Assembly (NCBI RefSeq): GCF_009914755.1
Contig: NC_060935.1
Strand: one strand, 5' to 3'
DNA: 64,000 nucleotides
DNA from: the human T2T-CHM13v2.0 reference genome, Homo sapiens
In this document: piece after piece, positions 58,846 through 64,000 of the stretch
Layout of the letters: the number at the start of each line of letters is the position of its first letter
Position numbering within the stretch: position 1 is the stretch's first letter
Program-made: the position numbers and the translations under genes
Notes under the pieces: generated by a model
Database searches by the model: none
What the model saw: only the letters and a program-made list of their open reading frames with translations
What the model was told of the DNA's origin: nothing

Positions 58846-59090
58846 CAGTGGGTAGGCCTTGATGCAGCGGGAATCCACCAGCTGACGTCTGTGGGTGTTA
58901 GGCTGAGGGATCCCCAAGATCTCAGGCTGTGCTGTCAGGTTGTATCTTCAACTTCAATGCCGTTTGGCTGGAAGCTTTTATAACCTTCGACTGTGATGTC
59001 ACCACCTAGCTCCCCTCCTCCTCCCCCCACCTCCCTGGTGATTGCCAAAAAAGAGGGCTGCTCCCTTCAGAGGGACTGAGTCACGGGGCC
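58846..59090 (-). promoter_or_regulatory. Probable LRRN4CL TATA promoter and non-coding exon 1
   Basis: TATAAAAG on the minus strand at 58975-58982; donor CTG|GTGAGG at 58846; AP-1 site TGAGTCA at 59077-59083. Confidence 0.6.
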
Positions 59091-59711
59091 AGGGATGGGG
59101 AAAGCCACATGCAATGGTTTCAGCTGGAGCCCAGGATGCCTGGGTTCTGGAAGGGGAGTGGAATGTGGAAAGCAGCCAGGAGCTTAGAATCCGAAGGCTG
59201 AAGTCATACAACGGGATGGGGAGGGGAACATAGAAGGCGGCCACCTGGCTGATATTAGAGGAAAACAGCTGCGAACAGCACGGGCCTGAGCCGCAAAATG
59301 CTGTTTTGGTAAAAATCCTACCACATCCATGGCAGTCATTTCCTGTCTTCTGCCTCCCAATGGACAGAGAAAGGGAGGAAGGGAGGAAGGGAGGGGTGTA
59401 GAGGGGGCCAGAATGATGTCTCCCAGCTCTGCAGACCTGCCCTACACCATCCCCCTCCTCTGGGGGAGATGAAAGTCACATGCAGGGAGTGGGAAAGCTT
59501 GCTAGGGGCCAGGATAGCTTCTCCCTCCTTGGACTTCCTAGGCTTATGAATGGAAACATCTGTGCTTAAAATAGCCCAGGTCTGGAGGCCTTCCCCTGGA
59601 CAAGAAGACCTCCCCTCTAATGGCGGAAAGTGAGAGATGCATGGGGGACACAGGGTGTTCAAATGGCCCTGAACCCATTTCAGAGTCAAGGAAGAAGCTG
59701 ACACAAAATAG

Positions 59712-59717
59712 TTTATT
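59712..59717 (-). terminator. BSCL2 poly(A) signal AATAAA
   Basis: tttatt about 70 nt after the BSCL2 stop. Confidence 0.8.
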
Positions 59718-59785
59718 GAAGGAAAAACGAGGGGAGAGGAGTCAGGTGGGAAAGTGCTGGAATGTGAGGAGTCTGCCCCTTTTCT

Positions 59786-64000
<4,215 letters not shown>

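Overview
Human genomic DNA, recognisable as the gene-dense, Alu-rich chr11q12.3 cluster (about 100 Alu copies or fragments by manual tally). The minus strand carries a tandem series, in transcription order: the 3' part of BSCL2 (seipin), LRRN4CL, UBXN1, LBHD1 (C11orf48), C11orf98, INTS5 and the 5' twelve exons of GANAB. The plus strand carries CSKMT (METTL12), which hosts the H/ACA snoRNA SNORA57/U99, and UQCC3. I rebuilt the exon structures by hand from GT/GC-AG sites; the seven complete genes sum to the protein lengths I recall for them. The most unusual region is 32.2-41.8 kb. LBHD1 and C11orf98 read three shared exons in different frames. CSKMT and its snoRNA sit antisense inside an LBHD1 intron, driven from a bidirectional promoter shared with C11orf98. 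A poly(A) site inside the CSKMT 5'UTR could toggle between a short snoRNA-host RNA and the coding mRNA. Several neighbouring minus-strand genes have phase-compatible read-through splice junctions. Other observations: a 30-bp near-perfect hairpin in a GANAB intron, a candidate hydrophobic cryptic exon in GANAB intron 1, a young AluYb8 by the INTS5 promoter, an Alu-interrupted HMGB3 retrocopy, a collapsed inverted-Alu scar, and an inverted Alu pair between two poly(A) signals in the LRRN4CL 3'UTR. Gene names come from recognising the proteins; no database search was run. Most of the short ORFs in the track are Alu-derived noise.
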